Below are positions 1-13,197 of a stretch of 30,167 bases of DNA, in pieces. The notes beneath the pieces are model-generated. The model made no database searches, was not told where the DNA came from, and was given only the letters and a program-made list of their open reading frames with translations. This DNA comes from Octopus sinensis. Taxonomy: Eukaryota. The stretch is from assembly GCF_006345805.1 (NCBI RefSeq), contig NW_021832632.1, forward strand, positions 1 through 30,167. Reading direction: 5' to 3'. A program made the position numbers and the translations under genes. How positions within the stretch are numbered: the first letter of the stretch is position 1; every line of letters starts with the position of its first letter.

Positions 1-1134
1 ATGAGCCGAATACCCTCATCACTAACTACACGCCTTCACTGACAAGATATGCAGGAAAATCTAGATGGATGAAATACAACACACAAAAAGTGAGATTTAT
101 AACGGTCAAAAGGAAATCATCAAAAATAATAGATATATAAAATAATATAACAATAGACACCCAAAATAACATAAAACATATATATAATATAGATATATAG
201 AATAGATAGATGAAAATAATTTCCAACGTTAATTGCAAAAAAAAAAAAATCCTCAATAGAAGGACACACGCGATCATTTCAGGATTACTCTGCCATCTTC
301 GCGGCATCAAAAATGCCCTCTTCTAGTTTCTTTCCTCCAACTTAGAAAAGCATACCTGTTTTGTCAATCTCATCTGTCTTTTGATATGCACACTAAAAGA
401 CACACAGGGGACGAGAAAGGAGGAGTCCTTGATAAATCGAGCGTTCGACGCTAAACGATTCTGAGAGATGGTCGTTGAATTCGATCATCGAATGGATGCC
501 GCTGTACACTACGGCGCGATACAGCCTCTGGAGATGGGATGGAAACACATCTTTTACACACACACACACACACGTTTAAACGTGTGTGTAGACAAATACA
601 GGTGTATCAAATACCGTACAACATAAATTCTTGATTTATCAAAATTATCTCTGCTTCTAGAGAATTTTTTTTAATTACCAAATAACAATTAAGATTAGTT
701 CCACTTGTGAGAGGAATACAATCTCAAGAATCAATTATTCCCGAAAGATGACACGCCGTTAATGAAAAAGACTATTATTTTCCGGAGACAAGTGTTTCAG
801 GCTCAAAAACCGTCACCAGCGCACCTATTTCCGTGACTTATGTAAACAACAGAGTTATACGAAAAGAGTTGAACATATTTATGGCCTGGGTTTAAACGAA
901 AATGAGCTAGAGAAATGACTGACAATGGCTTGTGGCATATATTTGAACAACAAACAAATACCGGAATATCAAATACTATACAACAGTTAAGATGTACCTG
1001 TGAAATACAAAACCTCTTACACTAGAATTCAATGACTAAATTCTTCTGCTTTCGAAACGACTGGAATATTCATTGTCGAAACCGACGGTGGGTTTCTCTC
1101 TCTCTCTCCCCCTTTCTCTCTCTCCTTGAGTCTC

Positions 1135-1174
<40 letters not shown>

Positions 1175-1177
<3 letters not shown>

Positions 1178-1569
1178 TCTTTACTCTTTTACTTGTTTCA
1201 GTCATTTGACTGTGGCCATGCTGGAGCACCGCCTTTAGTCGAGCAAATCGACCCCGGGACTTATCTTTGTAAGCCCAGTACTTTATTCTATCGGTCTCTT
1301 TTGCCGAACCGCTAAGTGACGGGGACGTAAACACACCAGCATCGGTTGTCAAGCAATGCTAGGGGGACAAACACAGACACACAAACACATACACACACAT
1401 ATATATATACATATATACGACAGGCTTCTTCAGTTTCCGTCTACCAAATCCACTCACAAGGCATTGGTCGGCCCGGGCTATCAGAAGACACTTGCCCAAG
1501 ATGCCACGCAGTGGGACCGAACCCGGAACCATGTGGCTGGTTAGCAAGCTACTTACCACACAGCCACTC
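1175..1569 (-). mobile_element. tRNA-derived SINE, family A (tRNA head, CORE-like segment, internal TA/CA microsatellite, 3' tail), near full length
   Basis: Reverse strand gives GAGTGGCTGTGTGGTAAGTAGCTTGCT...GGTTCCGGGTTCGGTCCCACTGCGTGGCATCTTGGGCAAGTGTCTT and ends in (AAAGAGT)-type repeats. It is near-identical to copies at 6439, 20613 and 20897. Probably one of the octopus OK/OR SINEs; exact name not assigned. Confidence 0.85.
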
Positions 1570-1629
1570 ATATATTATATATCATATATATATATATATA
1601 TTATATTATATATATATATATAATATATA

Positions 1630-1668
<39 letters not shown>

Positions 1669-1949
1669 TATTATATATATATATATTATAATAATATATA
1701 TTATTATATATATATATCTATATATATATATATTATATATATTATATTTTTTTTTTAATTTATATATTATATATTATATATATATATATATAATATATAT
1801 ATATTATATATATTACCTATATATAATATATATATATATATTATTTATATTATATATATATATATATTATATATATATAATAATTATTATATATTATATA
1901 GATATATTATATATATATATATATATGTATATATAATATATATTATATT

Positions 1950-2160
1950 TCAAAATGTGACCTCGTGTGTACCGTTGGCGATTTTTTTCCCTCTGTCTTC
2001 CCTTCTCTGGATCTTTCCTTCTCATGTTTCCGACGAAGAGCTCCGCTCGAAACGTTAAACCCCTCCTTCTTTCCTTCTTTCTGAGCGTCCAATAATACTA
2101 TATTTGTTCCACGTCCTCGCGTTGTTGTGTTTTTTTGTGCTTTCTTGTTTGGTTAACTTT
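1950..2160 (+). mobile_element. Probable Penelope-like element (PLE) terminal remnant between TA arrays
   Basis: Non-coding pyrimidine-rich island carrying a minimal hammerhead-like motif (2026-2060), flanked on both sides by TA microsatellite. PLE assignment is inferred from the motif type. Confidence 0.5.
2026..2060 (+). ncRNA. Minimal type-I hammerhead ribozyme-like motif (U4C core variant)
   Basis: GTTT-CCGACGA-A-GAGC(TCC)GCTC-GAA-ACGT-T-AAAC: stem I GTTT/AAAC, stem II GAGC/GCTC, palindromic stem III ACGT. Confidence 0.55.
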
Positions 2161-2336
2161 ATATTATATATATATATCTATATTATATTATATATATTAT
2201 ATTATTATATATATTATATATATATATATATAATTATATATATATATTATATATATATAATATATTATAATTATATTATATTATATATTATATATATTAT
2301 ATTATATATATTTACATTATATATATTATATATTAT

Positions 2337-2367
<31 letters not shown>

Positions 2368-3107
2368 TGTTTTGTATGTTATATATATGTATGTGTGTGT
2401 ATACATGTATATATGTATATGTGCGCGCGTGTGAGTGACTTACATATTTGTGCATTATACATTTCTTTTTATTAAATGTTCGAGTCACGTTTTCATTTTA
2501 TTGTTTGATCACTGGTTTCCCCTCTTTTTGTCACGCCATAGGAATGTAGGAGGAGGAGAAAACAATGGCTACGCAGAAAGAGACGGAAGAGAGAGAAACA
2601 GAGCATTACAAAGAAATACAGAACTATAAAAAAAAATACAGAGATTACTGAGAGATTAAGAGAGAGATTGAAAGTGAGTGAGAGAGAGAGAGAGAGGGGG
2701 GGAGAGAGAAAGAGAAAGAGTGAGGTAGATAATTAACTCTATGCTAGTATTTAGACGAGAAGACAAAATAAAGCAAAATTAGAAGATTTGAAACAGAACG
2801 ATTAAGAAATGCTAAAAGTGAGACTAATGAACGTATGATACATATTTTGTTTAAGTTTGCGACGCTGTTTCGAGCCTAAGTTCAAACTTTATTTTTCTTT
2901 TGCATTACTTATTTAAAATATATATTATACGCTCATTATATAAAAAAAAAAAAAAATTATAACTGATGTTATAGGATATTTTTCAGGCACTCGACTACGA
3001 CTCCACTGATCTTATAACAGAAACAGGTGTAGGCTAATGAAGTTCATAACATAACTATTGCTTTTCTTATGAATGGATCTGGTTGACGGAAACTGAAAGA
3101 AGCCCGT

Positions 3108-3861
<754 letters not shown>

Positions 3862-5697
3862 TATATATATATATATATATATATTTGATTACGTCCTCGA
3901 AAACTACTTCCAGTTTCTTTTGCTATATTGTTTTCCCCCAGAACAATAGAGTAAATATTTAAAAACAAATAAGTACTGAGTGAATTTGTCCAACTAAAAC
4001 CCTATAAGACGGTGGTTCAGCACGGATGTATTCTAATGACTAAAAATAGTAAAAAATAAAGGATTAAACGGTAGAGAGATTCGTAGCAGTACAAAAGATA
4101 GAGGAAGATGGAAGAATGTTATTAACTATTATGTTTTTTTCTATCTCTATTTTTCTTTGTTGGAGTGTGAGAGGGTACGATCTAAAATGTGAGTGCGTGA
4201 GATGTGAGAAATAGCCAAATGTAATATGGTACTGAATTTTGCATAGGCTAAGAAATTGTTGAAGGATGAGACATTTTTTTGGATCAAGGAAGCCTGCGTA
4301 GTCTTTCTGGTGAAGTCGTATGTAAACTGAAATGTCTTGAACAAAGAATCGAAAATACTTCGGAGATACAACACACCGCCTCTGTTTATTTTTCTCTCTT
4401 TCACTACAGAGCTGTCCACTGGGAATGTAATACTGAGTTTTTAAGGATTTTTTATAATGAAAGAGCCTCAACGTCTAGAGTATTTTCGAGGAAGTATAAC
4501 TGGAATGTCACAACGTTCGTGCCGGTGTCTTCTCCTGGGAATTAGTGATACAAGTGAAAAATACGGTTTGAACTTAGGCTCGAAACAGCATCATAGACTT
4601 GACCGAAAATTCTTCTCTTCTGCGATATCAGTGTCAACAATAAATGTATTAGCTAACAACGAGCCAATAAAGAGAACGTCTACGAGATCCCTTGATCTGT
4701 TAGAAATAATCAAATCTCTTTCTCAAGTCACACCTTACTACCGTAAAACAAGGGTGATTTTACAAATGTAATTCCGGACATGCGATGTATTAGTCTTGAT
4801 ATGTTAGTCAGGACGATAACAGTTGTTTACAGCTGCTTGTCCATGGTTAACTTTAGATAAATTACATCAATAACAATCAGGAAAAACGGTGGAAATGGCC
4901 AAGTCACCGACTATATACTGTTTCGAGAAAACTTATGGAAATCGAATGAGGCCTAAGTTGAAACCGTGATACATCGCTAGTTAGAGCTGTATATTCAATT
5001 GAGCGGTTATAACTCCTGAGCTGCTTTAGAGCAACGACTAGTCATTTCATGTACAAAAGTGAATGCATTTTTGACATTCTCGATTCTGTGATCAATCCCA
5101 ATGGCAGCAATAATGTACTGCTGGGTCTTACGCATCATTAGTATCGTTCTAAATATTTCTCTGGTCGATATAATATGTAAAACTCGCAGGTTCCCCATTC
5201 CTGCGCTCACCAAATCAGACCTAGATCAGTAGTCATCCAAGCAAAATATTTTTCTTTTTTTATTTCGTGTTGCAATATGAAGATCTAACAGCTATTTTTA
5301 GAGACTCCTTCATTGTCTTGAATAAATAAAAATGCATTCGATTTCAAAAATAAAGTATTGTCTTTGTAAAAATTCCTCTAACTTTCTGTTTGTTTGTCAC
5401 TCTTTCTTCGTATCTTTCTCATTTTTTCGTTCTCCACAAACTTACTCTACTTCAGTAACAGCCACTGCTTTCATTATTTCAGTTTATTTTCTGTTACTTA
5501 TGATCTCTCTCTTTCGCTCACGGTTTAAACAATTATCCCTTTCCTCCCATATGCACTTCTCCCTCTCTTTCCTTTCTTTTAACCTCTTCTTTCACTAGTT
5601 CCATTAATATTATTGCCTCTAGCGCTGCATTATTCTACTATTCTTTTCAACCATTCGTCTTTACAACTTTCTTCTTTCTTTCTTTAACTCTCTCGTG

Positions 5698-5698
<1 letters not shown>

Positions 5699-5790
<92 letters not shown>
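5699..5790 (+). repeat. (TATC)n / GATA tetranucleotide microsatellite
   Basis: Perfect TATC run of about 23 units. Confidence 0.95.
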
Positions 5791-6438
5791 ACTTAACCGC
5801 TTTTCTTCTCTCCTTGTCTCCTCAGCCTGCCACTTTTCTCCTCCCTTCCTCTCTATACCAGCCCTATTGTCCAGCAGTCACTAAGTACAAGTTAAAAGCC
5901 ATCAGCATTGGCTAAGAAGGCACCAGAACAACACAATTGTGACTATTGGTTATTATTGCTATTTAACCGAATTCAAGTACATTCTTTGTCCGATGTGTTT
6001 GACGTCTTTCTACGCCTTTCTCTACGCCTTTCTCTTGTCGCCTCTTTATAGAAGATGCAAGGGCTGTGTCGGTGGTGGTGCAAAGAATTAACAAACGAAT
6101 TTCAATAAAATTAACGACACTAATACTGATTCCTTACATTTGCATATGACCACACAGGGGACTGGAAGAGTTGCTTCAAATGACACCATTCTAAATACTG
6201 GTACTTTATTTTAATGACCACCGAAGGGATGAAAGGCAAAGTTGATCCCGTCGGAATTTGAGATCAAATGATGAAGGGACTTAAATAAAAAAAACAAAAG
6301 CAAATATATTTTATATGATTCTGGACTATCTTGATTTAGCAATAATAATTACTTCTAACACAGGCACATGGCCAGAAATTTACGAGTTGCCGGTGAAGGA
6401 AACAGACGATTATAACGACTCCAGTATTTGACTGGTCT

Positions 6439-6662
6439 TACTCTTTTACTCTTTTACTTGTTTCAGTCATTTGACTGCGGCCATGCTGGAGCACCACCTT
6501 TAATCGAGCAACTCGACCCCGGGACTTATTCTTTTGTAAGCCCAGTACTTATTCTATCGGTCTCTTTTGCCGAACCGCTATGTAACGGGGACATAAAACA
6601 CCAGCATCGGTTGTCAAGCAATGCTAGGGGGACAAACACAGACCACAATCACACACACATAC

Positions 6663-6745
<83 letters not shown>

Positions 6746-6912
6746 TACGACGGGCTTCTTTCAGTTTCCGTCTACCAAATCTTACTCACAAGGCTTTGGT
6801 CGGCCCAAGGCTATAGTAGAAGACACTTGCCCAAGGTGCCACGCAGTGGGACTGAACCCGGAACCATGTGGTTGGTAAGCAAACTACTTACCACACAGCT
6901 ACTCCTGCGCCT
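6439..6912 (-). mobile_element. SINE family A, full length with internal TA microsatellite
   Basis: Same head, CORE-like GGCACCTTGGGCAAGTGTCTT segment and tail as 1175-1569; 5' end AGGCGCAGGAGTAGCTGTGTGG. Confidence 0.88.
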
Positions 6913-7050
6913 AAAAAGAATTTATCGACCCCAGAAGGACGAAAAGTAAAGTTAATCTCCACGGAATTTTGAAAGTATTGCTGCTAGGTGATTTATCCGG
7001 GGCGGTAATTATTCTGCCAACTTGCCGTATGATGATGATGATGATGATGA

Positions 7051-7266
7051 TAATCCTTTCTACTAGAGGCACAAGGCCTCAAATTTGTGGGGAAGGGAGA
7101 TATCGATTATATCGACCCCAGTGTTTTACTGATACTTAATTTATCGACCCTGAAAGGATGAAAGGCAAAGTCGACCTCGGCGGAATTTGAACTCAGAACT
7201 AGTCGACGGCGGAAATACTGCTAAGCAATTTGACCCAGCGTGCTAACCATTCTGCCAGTTCGCCAC
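7051..7266 (-). mobile_element. tRNA-derived SINE, family B (Meta-domain-like core), full length
   Basis: Reverse strand has GAGTTCAAATTCCGCCGAGGTCGACTTTGCCTTTCATCCTTTCAGGGTCGATAAATTAAGTA and ends GGCCTTGTGCCTCTAGTAGAAAGGATTA. A further degenerate copy lies at 6920-7028. Confidence 0.82.
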
Positions 7267-7321
7267 AGTAATAATAATAATGACGATGATGATGATGATG
7301 GTGATGATAATAATAATAATG

Positions 7322-7355
<34 letters not shown>

Positions 7356-7357
7356 TA

Positions 7358-7627
7358 ATGCAGTACCAGGCAGTGGCTCTCATGGCCTCTAATCTTAACT
7401 GATTAGAAGTGTTTTCATGTACCTGTTTCGTCCTGGTGCAAATGACGGGCTACAGCAAATAATCTACTCAATACCACAGATTTTCTTGTCAGTTGTTTGA
7501 CCTTAATAGTTGAGCATGTCCCTTTGTGGTTGACGATATGTGCATCTCTTATCACGAGCAGAAGTAGTAGGGAAGCATCATAGCCCAGTGTCACTTTAAT
7601 GGCATGCACTACTTTCTTACTCAATAA
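7358..7627. mobile_element. (AAT)n-flanked interspersed repeat, internally deleted copy
   Basis: Homologous to 9005-9550 (shared blocks such as CAATACCACAGATTTT and CCCAGTGTCACTTT-ATGGCATGC). Bounded by AAT repeats on both sides. Confidence 0.7.
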
Positions 7628-7636
7628 TAATATAAT

Positions 7637-7855
7637 GGCTTCAAATTTTTCCACAAGGGCAGCCATTTTGGGGGAGGATATGTGTTGATTACATCGACCC
7701 CAGTGTTCAACTGGTACTTAATTTATCGACCCTGAAAGGATGAATGGTTAAGTCGACCTCGGTGGAACTCGAACTCAGAACATAGCGACGGGCGAAATAC
7801 CGCAAAGCATTTCGTCCAGCCAGCGCGCTAACGATTCTGCCAGCTCGCTGCCTTG
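7637..7855 (-). mobile_element. SINE family B, full length
   Basis: Reverse strand starts AAGGCAGCGAGCTGGCAGAATCGTTAGCGCG and carries the same core as the other family B copies. Confidence 0.82.
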
Positions 7856-7877
7856 ACTAATAATAGTAATAATGATG

Positions 7878-7937
<60 letters not shown>

Positions 7938-8769
7938 GATGGAATGCTAGAACAATATTTAATACAACTACATCAACTTTTCCACGAAAGAGCCCCACTT
8001 CTCAAAATTATTAATACTAATAATAAGAGCAGAAAAGTAATCAAAGAAGTTGCTTAAGCACTTGGAAAGCTGATACGACGAGTCCTTGAAAATAGTAGAG
8101 AAAATGCCCTCGGAGTGATTGATCAGCTCATTTACTCAGCTGCTTATGTTGCAACTCAGAAATGCGGTATTAAAATTAGAGATAGACAAAAAAAAAAGTG
8201 CAATGTACACGAGCATCCTGCATGGAGGGAAAGAATAAACCAGCAAATAATCCAACTAAGAGCAGTTAATATCTTTTCTACTTGAAGCAAGCAAAGGAAA
8301 AACTAATAAACCCAACAAATTACTAAGAATAATTGCTAAACATGACCTTTACAAGAAAACAAAGGATAGCAATAATAGGCCTTGAAACGTACTTTGTACA
8401 ACAAGTGATGTGCTCTTACGAACCGCACTGAAGCATGAAGATTCCAAGCAAGCTTAGTCAGAAATTTAAAAAGTCTCTTGACCTACAAGTTAACAATAAC
8501 AATAATTAAAGACACCCAAATACTGACAGGCCTACCTTTGCTTCTTCTGATTTAGAAATTGAGAATCAGAAAGACCAACGGGATCCAAATATTGATAAAG
8601 CTATCATTGATGCTTAACACATTAAGCAAAAAAGCAAAGAAGGCTTGCAAGAATGATATCGAAGACAACATGAAAGGTAAACTCTTGCATGGAAAAGCCC
8701 GATATTGATCCACAAGGGATGCGTCTGGAAGGGGAAACAGAAGGTTTTGTTATTGCAGCGCAAGATCAG
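7938..8769 (+). mobile_element. Decayed, internally deleted R4/Dong-clade non-LTR retrotransposon fragment
   Basis: Broken frames give DQLIYSAAYVA and HPAWRERINQQIIQLRA (pre-RT region), then KGKLLHGK and GMRLEGETEGFVIAAQDQ (8716-8769), a post-RT motif of R4/Dong ORFs. The RT core is deleted. It starts right after an (ATA)n run and is truncated by a SINE. Confidence 0.72.
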
Positions 8770-8952
8770 CGATATTTCGCCTGTCTTTACGTTCTGAGTT
8801 CAAATTCGGTCGAGGTCGACTTTTGTCTTTAATCCTTTCGGGATCGATTAAATAAGTGCCAGTTACGCACTGGGGTCAATGTAATCGACTTAAACCCTTT
8901 GTCTGTCCTTGTTTGTCCCCTCTATGTTTAGCCCCCTTTGGGCAATAAGGAA

Positions 8953-8955
<3 letters not shown>
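8767..8955 (+). mobile_element. SINE family B, 5'-truncated, alternative 3' end
   Basis: GTTCTGAGTTCAAATTCGGTCGAGGTCGAC...CTGGGGTCAATGTAATCGACTT...AGCCCCCTTTGGGCAATAAGGAAATA. Confidence 0.8.
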
Positions 8956-9004
<49 letters not shown>

Positions 9005-9008
<4 letters not shown>

Positions 9009-9550
9009 GCTCTGATGGAGTACCAACCAGTGGTTCTCATGCCTTCCGATTTTAACTGATTGCAAGTGTTAACATGTGCATGTTTTGTCTTAGGTTAAAA
9101 GATGGGCTACAACAAATATTTTGTTCAATACCACAGATTTTGCTTGCCATCTGTTTGACCATAACTAGTTGATCATGTCCCTTGGTGGCTGACAATATGT
9201 GCATCTCTGATCATCAGCAGGAGTAGTGGGGGAAAATTGTAGCCATGTGTTGAAAAGAATTCTTTGTACAATTCACCTCTTGAAACAATGGTGCTTCGTT
9301 CATCATCATTAAACATCCCTTATTCAGAGACCTTTTGAGCGGAATGGTGTACTAGACTTGAAGAAAATTCTAACTGGGCCCCATCTCCAAGTTCATGCGC
9401 TGCATATATTGATATGAGATCACTATGTTGCTCACATCTGGTTTCTGGTTGAGATGTATGTGTGCCTGGTATACCCTTACGAGACGGGTAGTTATAATGG
9501 GTATATTGAGTTTCGTATATGTGTATCCCAGTGTCACTTTGATGGCATGC
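9005..9550. mobile_element. (AAT)n-flanked interspersed repeat, about 550-bp copy
   Basis: Longer homologue of 7358-7627. No credible ORF. Preceded by (AAT)n and followed by family B SINE fragments at about 9551-9610 and 9710-9770. Confidence 0.7.
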
Positions 9551-10642
9551 GTTTCAAATTTTGGTACAAGGCCAGCCATTTTGAGGGAAGAGTCAAATCG
9601 ATTACATCAACTTCAGTACCTGGACTGGCACTTAACAAACATGTCGAGCCTGGCATAATGAAGGGTAAATTTGCAGCTATTTGCTGGAATCTTACTAGCC
9701 GATTACACTGACCCTAGTATTTGACTGATACTTTATTTTATCAACCCCAAAGGGTGAAAGGCAAAGGTACCTGAATATTTACGGTACAGTATATCAGACA
9801 ACAACACCACCACGATCCAATACCATGGTTAAAAAATATCACTTTACGGCTGAGATACCAAATGTAGTATATTCAAATATTATGAGCAGAGATAGCACTA
9901 AATTGACGAAAGATTCATTAGCTTGCGGCGAAATTCTTTTTGCGAAAGAATGGCGCGCTTTATTAGTGGAGATGTTTCTACTATCCATTAAGCGCCACAG
10001 CTATAAGAGATAAAAACTAGCTTAGTAGATTACAGACGTTCGTGATACGGGAGTAATTTACTTAGTTAAAAAATTTCTTTTTTTTTTAATGTTAAAACGT
10101 AATAGAAAGTTAATTTATTAAATTAATAAATATAAATAGAGGAATATTACAAAAGTAATACACATTCATCTTATAACAGAAATTTGTATTTTTTCGTCTT
10201 ATTTCACCGGTTTACTTACGTCGCGTCGCTATATTTGCTATTCGCTGAGTGCAAGCAAAAAAGAATAAATATGGCGTCAAAAAAAGAAAACATTGAGCAA
10301 ATACAGTACTCTTTCAAATAAATGAACGGTTTATTATGTAGATTTCTTTTATTTATTAAATAACTTTTTAACATTAAAAACGTTGATTATTAAAATATTT
10401 GCTACGCGCTGAATGCAAGGAAAGAAGAATAAATATGGCGTTTAAAAGAATAGCACCGTATTATTTCGTGCTACCACATGAATTTGCTGATTCCTTCTGT
10501 ATAAATATACAAGGTGGAAAGGAATTTTGACGCCTGTATAAGAAATCATGGATTCCTATCCTTTCTAGATGTTGTATACTTTTTAAATATACATTCATTT
10601 ATTCGATTGAATGGAATTAGAGAGACGAATATTCGGTGTTAA

Positions 10643-10862
10643 TAAGGCAGCGAGCAGGCAGAGACGTTAGCACGCCGGGCGAAATGCTCAGCGGTATTTC
10701 GTCTCCCGTTACGTTCTGAGTTCAAATTTCGCCGAGGTCGACTTTGCCTTTCATCCTTTTGGGAACGATAAATTACGTACCAGTTGCGTACTGGAGTCGA
10801 TCTAATCGACTGCCCCCCTCCCTAAAATTTTCGGGCCTTGTACCTAGAGTAGAAAAGAAGAT
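10643..10862 (+). mobile_element. SINE family B, full length
   Basis: TAAGGCAGCGAGCAGGCAGAGACGTTAGCACGCCGGGCGAAATG...GAGTTCAAATT (B-box-like)...GGGCCTTGTACCTAGAGTAGAAAAG. Confidence 0.85.
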
Positions 10863-11519
10863 TCATTGTTAATTGAACCAGGGCCAGACTTTAGATTGTG
10901 TAGGTGTATTTTTACCACTCCGATGTTTATACACGACCAGTTATACGTTGCTATGAGTAGAGCAACGGACCCCAGTAATTTGAAAATTAGTGTCGACCAA
11001 ACAAAGTATCATGTACAAAGAATTTTGTCATTATATTGATATTATCAAAAGGAATATGATTAATAATTTAAAAAAGGAAATTTGTGAACATTTTTTTCTT
11101 AACACTGGTAGTGGTCAAATGAAGCTCTGGCTTTCGTTAGGAGTGGTCCACATAACCATTCATGATAGAGGCCTAACCACATAACCATTCATGATACAGA
11201 GTCTATTTCAGTTCGGAAGTGAATTGTCATCACATGTCACTTAGACGAGAACATATGTCATATAGCTGTATCATCAACAATAATGTGATTTCTCTAAGAT
11301 ATCACCCAGTAATCTATCAAGTCTATTTACACATTTCTCTATACATACTGCTGTTATGATTTACCTCCCTCATCTTATGCCTCCATCGTAGATGGGTAGA
11401 TTTGCTAGTTATAGTAATAACGATGTAACCGATTAATTATTGATAAGAAAAATTGACAGAATTAACGCAGTACTGAACTAAAATACATTAAGTACTTCAT
11501 TCTAATATTCTTGGAGCCT

Positions 11520-11768
11520 AAAGCAGCGAGCTGGCAGAAACGTTAGCATGCCGGGCAAAATGCTTAGTAGTATTTTGTCTTCCTGAGTTCAAATTCTACC
11601 GAGGTTGACTTTGCCTTTCATCCTTTCGAGGTCGATAAATTAAGTGCCAATTGTGTACTGAGATCGATCTAATCGACTGGTCCCCTCCCTAAAAGTTTTG
11701 GGGGAGGGGGCCAGTTAGACGTATTGGTTAGTGGCATTTCGCCCGTCATCACGTTCTGAGTTCAAATC
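11520..11768 (+). mobile_element. SINE family B with fold-back 3' end, followed by a second partial head
   Basis: Family B body at 11520-11695, hairpin at 11676-11715, then GCATTTCGCCCGTCATCACGTTCTGAGTTCAAATCC. Confidence 0.75.
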
Positions 11769-12997
11769 CCCCCCCCATCTCTCTTGCTGCGTCTAATATC
11801 CCCAGTCCCCTCACAATGCCCTGACATTTTTCTCAAGAACCTAGTTCTCTTCCTGGAACTTCCTCTCTATCCATAAGTTTTCAGAAGCTGATGGCAGTTT
11901 AAGTGGAACATTAACAGCATCAGTTGCACTACTTTCGGAAGGTCTCTTTACTCCAGACCCAACAATTAAAATAAAGAAAAAAGAAAAGAAAGATCGTAAT
12001 GCAGATTTAGCTCACTATAGATCTACGGCACTTGCACTTGACTGGGAAACCTTTACTCCAATTTTCTACTTCATTGGCCGACTGCATCCTCTCATTGTGT
12101 CCATTCTACCAGTTCATTAAACTTTATTCTCTACAGGCTTTTCACCATGTACCATCTGAACACTCAAATTCACTCACAACGTCGCGTCTTTAAGTTACCC
12201 ATACTATATCACATATTCTGGAAATGCCCCTTTGCATAACAATCCAACGAGAAGCCCTCTGTGATAATTGAAACTGCTAGAAATAGCAGCCATACATTGT
12301 GTCAGTCACATCTTATCGTCCTAAAAATGCAGAGGTCATAACTGGAAAGACTTTGATCATAGGGTTTCTGGAAAAGAGCTGTTTTGGGAGTAAACATCAA
12401 CAACAACGACCTTTTGCTTAACCTTTTCCTATGTTTATTTTATTGTTATTATTATTATTTTGAAATTTCTATTCTAATTACTTGCCAGCAAGAATCTAAA
12501 ATTTAAAGAATTCCCAACCAGATATCCCATGTACCTGACTGAATTTGCAAGCTTATGAGGTCTTGAAATATCTATAGTGTCTGTCCTGCATAACAAGCAG
12601 CATTAAGAAGAGAGGAAAAACAAACACATCCAATTTGAGATTTTCGATTAATTAAAGTCATCTGAATTTTTCAATTGGTACATCCTTCCAACATCTGCAG
12701 CCCCCCCACTACTACCACTACAGACGCACAGAGTTTCCTAAATATTTCTAATGAATTTAAAAAAAATGCTCACTGCATTAAATATTTCAACATTAACTCG
12801 ACTATTATTTTTCATGCGTCCTTCAGCAATTTTCCTCGTTAAATTATTCTTTTAAATATGCTTATTTTCAAGGCCTTTTACGTGTGCTATTATATATCAA
12901 CATCTGGATTATCCCGTTTCTACTTACGCAACTGTACCTAGAATGTTTCATAAAACATGCTCGTAGACAATATTGGTCAGAAAAATTAAAATGATAC

Positions 12998-13197
12998 TGG
13001 TTTCAAATTTGTTACATGGGGTGGGAGAGATAGTCGATTACATCAACTCCCAGCGCTCGACTGGTACCTATTTTATCGGTCACAAAAGGATGAAAACATC
13101 GATCTCAGCGAAATTTGAATTCAGAATATAAAGATGGACGAAGTATCGCTAAACACTTTGCTCGACGTGCTAACGATTCTGCCGGCTCGCCGCCTTA
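12998..13197 (-). mobile_element. SINE family B, diverged full length
   Basis: Reverse strand starts TAAGGCGGCGAGCCGGCAGAATCGTTAGCACG. Confidence 0.78.

Noticed and set aside
1040-1092. Hairpin GAC...GTC-GAAA-CCGACGGT resembling a hammerhead
   Set aside because: No recognisable CUGANGA core, and G at the cleavage position. At most a heavily decayed relic.
1570-1945. Irregular long TA arrays that look like a coded pattern
   Set aside because: Consistent with slippage and probable long-read consensus indel noise in (TA)n. No higher-order period is visible.
1346-2361. ORFs rich in YI/IY (and similar HT, CV, YV ORFs throughout the window)
   Set aside because: They are translations of (TA)n, (CA)n, (TG)n and (TATG)n microsatellites, which lack stop codons in some frames.
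4064-5213. Several 68-135-aa ORFs and a splice-acceptor-like tract at about 4385-4409 (+)
   Set aside because: No recognisable domain, no matching donor and exon frame, and lengths compatible with chance.
11860-11965. Short open frame on the minus strand considered as the next hkb-like exon
   Set aside because: No zinc-finger residues and no suitable AG acceptor in phase.
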